A stretch of DNA of 56,111 nt, counting the filler, from Sluysia triapertura (taxonomy: Eukaryota), in assembly GCA_046118255.1 (NCBI GenBank). It is 4 parts of 4 records of this genome, joined end to end, with 100 filler letters (N's around TTAATTAATTAA, not from the genome) between each part and the next. Parts side by side here need not be neighbours in the genome. Positions count along the whole stretch, not along the records: positions 41,057 to 56,111 come from JBJNIA010240437.1; 3 more parts are not named here. One strand, written 5' to 3'. Below the pieces are notes generated by a model. That model searched no databases and was not told where the DNA came from. It saw nothing but the letters and a program-made list of their open reading frames with translations. Below, piece after piece: positions 54,002 through 56,111 of this stretch (the first letter of the stretch is position 1; each line of letters opens with the position of its first letter). The position numbers were made by a program, and so were the translations under genes.

Positions 54002-54480
54002 ATGAATAATACAAATAGCAAAGGTGATGAATTGTTAGAAACTCTCTTCAATGAGGTTACAAATCCTTTAAATCCTACTTTTATTGAGCGAACAGCAATT
54101 GCGTTTTGTGAACAAATTATCAATGAAGCCGAAGGAAAGTCTATCCATAATGTGCCAGCAAATTTAACCATTGGTGATTTAAAGAAATTATTAGAACCAA
54201 AATTGACTGTTTTAAATTATTTTAAACCTGGATTATTCAATCCAGTGACCGATCGGAGACAAGTTTACTCATAATTTGCCACCAGATTTAACCATTGGCG
54301 ATTTAGATAAATTATTAGAATCAAAATTAATTGTTCTCGTGGTAAATTAAGAATTGATCTTACACGGGATACTAGCCAATAATGTTACTCTACATGACTA
54401 AAGTTAAATAAATCTTATAAAGAAATGGGTATTGGTTTATCTCAATATCATATTGAAAGTTTATTCAAGCTTTTTTATCT
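54002..54480 (+). pseudogene. Disrupted ORF with an internal ~65-bp duplication (possibly gag-like)
   Basis: HNVPANLTIGDLKKLLEPKL and (frameshifted) PPDLTIGDLDKLLESKL at ~54147 and ~54270. Confidence 0.35.
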
Positions 54481-56038
54481 ACTCATTTCGATTACTTAAC
54501 TAGAAAAAATTACCATGTGTGAGATATTGCATTTCAATACTCATAAGGCATTTATGACAGAAACTTCCAGCTGTGGAGTTCTGCAAGTGTATTTTAATCT
54601 CCAGCATGAACAACTTTTTGTTGCTATTCAATCTCTGGCAAGCAAGATTTTTATCAATTTAAATTTTTATTCTGCATAAACCACTGATCGTGCACTTTTC
54701 ATGCATTGTTATATTCATAAAATACTAATTTGTGTTTGTGAAATAGATTAAACGATTATTTATGTTTTTGTTTTCTCTTTAGTTAAAGAAATTATTCGCG
54801 GCCTTAAGCAAACGTTTTACTTCGAATTGGTAATTTTAGTTACGGACCTTAAGTCCACATTTTGTAAACTAATTTCGATTAATTTGATTAATATATTTTT
54901 AAATCACCATCATTTCTTGCTATAAACCTTTTGTTAATTACTTATTTTATTATGCTAAACTTACAATACCTTACCACTCGACCACCTCAATTAAAACTTA
55001 CGATAAACAATATAATATCTGGATCGATAAATAGATGTTCTTTACCTGAATATCGCTTGAACGATTGAAAAACCAAATCTATATCACCCACAAATAGGTT
55101 AAACAGTGTATCCATTCAGGACAATTAATTTATGAAGAACTCAATCCTTCTTATTTAATATCTGTTTTCTCTGCCGTAGTTTAACAAAAATTCTCTATAT
55201 TGTTGATTGAATGCTTTCCCTTTCATTATGGTTTTATGACTATAATTACTTTTTTATTATGTAAATTTAATTATTTATTATAACTTTATTATAATTTTAT
55301 TACAAGTTTAACTTTATTTAATTTTAAAAAATAATTCTAAAAATGTACGGAACGTACCTTGACAGATAATGGCTAAAGATAGAATTTGTTGGAGCTAAAA
55401 ATTCTGTCATGGCTAATTTCATGGTCTAATAATAACAATTATGGTGATAGTAATAATAATAAAGATAATAACTTTCCTTTATATTACAAGTAAAGATTGG
55501 TAGACCAATCACAGGAGAATAAATTGGTAGAGATACGTACAACTTTCAAAAGAGAAAACATGATTATAGATTTGAATTAATCAAAGAGTGAATTTTTAGA
55601 TAAGCATAAGAAGTTTTATGTATCTCCAAAATTTTTATTATTTGTAATTAAAATATTCAAGGTAACGTTTAATACCCTTTAATGGATATTATAAACAATC
55701 ACCAAAAATATCTTTTAAAAATTTTAAATAAATTAAAAGTTTCAAGCAACTTTTAGTATAGATTTATTATATTTGTATTTAATTATTTGATTTGTTTTGA
55801 CTATTTTTTAAAAATTATTAATTTGTTTTTTATTAGTGTTACATTGAAAGAAAGCATTCAGAGTTTACGTATAACTTTTCTAAGATAAATATATTCAAAA
55901 ATTTGTTAGAGATATTGAGTGTTGTAGGAAAGTGCAGCAGATTTAATTTAAGTAAGAATTAATTATAAAATTGTTAAAAAATGAAATTAGAAAATTATGT
56001 GGTAGAAAATATTTGTGATAATCACATCGTAAAGCTAC

Positions 56039-56039
<1 letters not shown>

Positions 56040-56086
<47 letters not shown>

Positions 56087-56111
56087 TATTATTATTATTA
56101 TTATTATTATT
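56040..56111. repeat. (TTA)n microsatellite
   Basis: Near-pure ATT run to the window end. Confidence 0.95.

Overview
Very AT-rich eukaryotic (invertebrate-like) genomic DNA with tiny GT-AG introns (32-39 nt in the best gene). It is not one locus: three artificial 100-nt joins (44 N + TTAATTAATTAA + 44 N at 15211-15310, 28035-28134, 40957-41056) concatenate four contigs. Host genes: a partial RASA1/p120-RasGAP-like gene (SH2, PH, probable C2 exons; 6232-~12280, +) and a dihydroxyacetone kinase/TKFC-like gene with only the Dak1 half visible (50745-49867, -). Decayed host-gene pieces: UBE2L3, PP2A-B55, ATP synthase alpha, and two CCCH-finger paralogs. Most of the rest is transposon debris: three piggyBac relics (one with perfect 14-bp TIRs and TTAA TSDs), a Tc1/Tc3 transposase pseudogene, an L2/CR1-type LINE tail, a MITE-like element, and a tandem array of RLE-type non-LTR retrotransposon fragments with a Ulp1-like protease. 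The two most intriguing non-coding signals are (i) a dispersed ~0.9-1.3 kb TGTGGTGGCCAACC...CA element whose 3' end carries 2-3 tandem pre-miRNA-sized hairpins that keep their pairing while changing sequence, and (ii) a triplicated GC-rich pseudoknot-forming motif directly upstream of the retrotransposon array. All protein assignments are from motif recognition by eye; no database searches were run.
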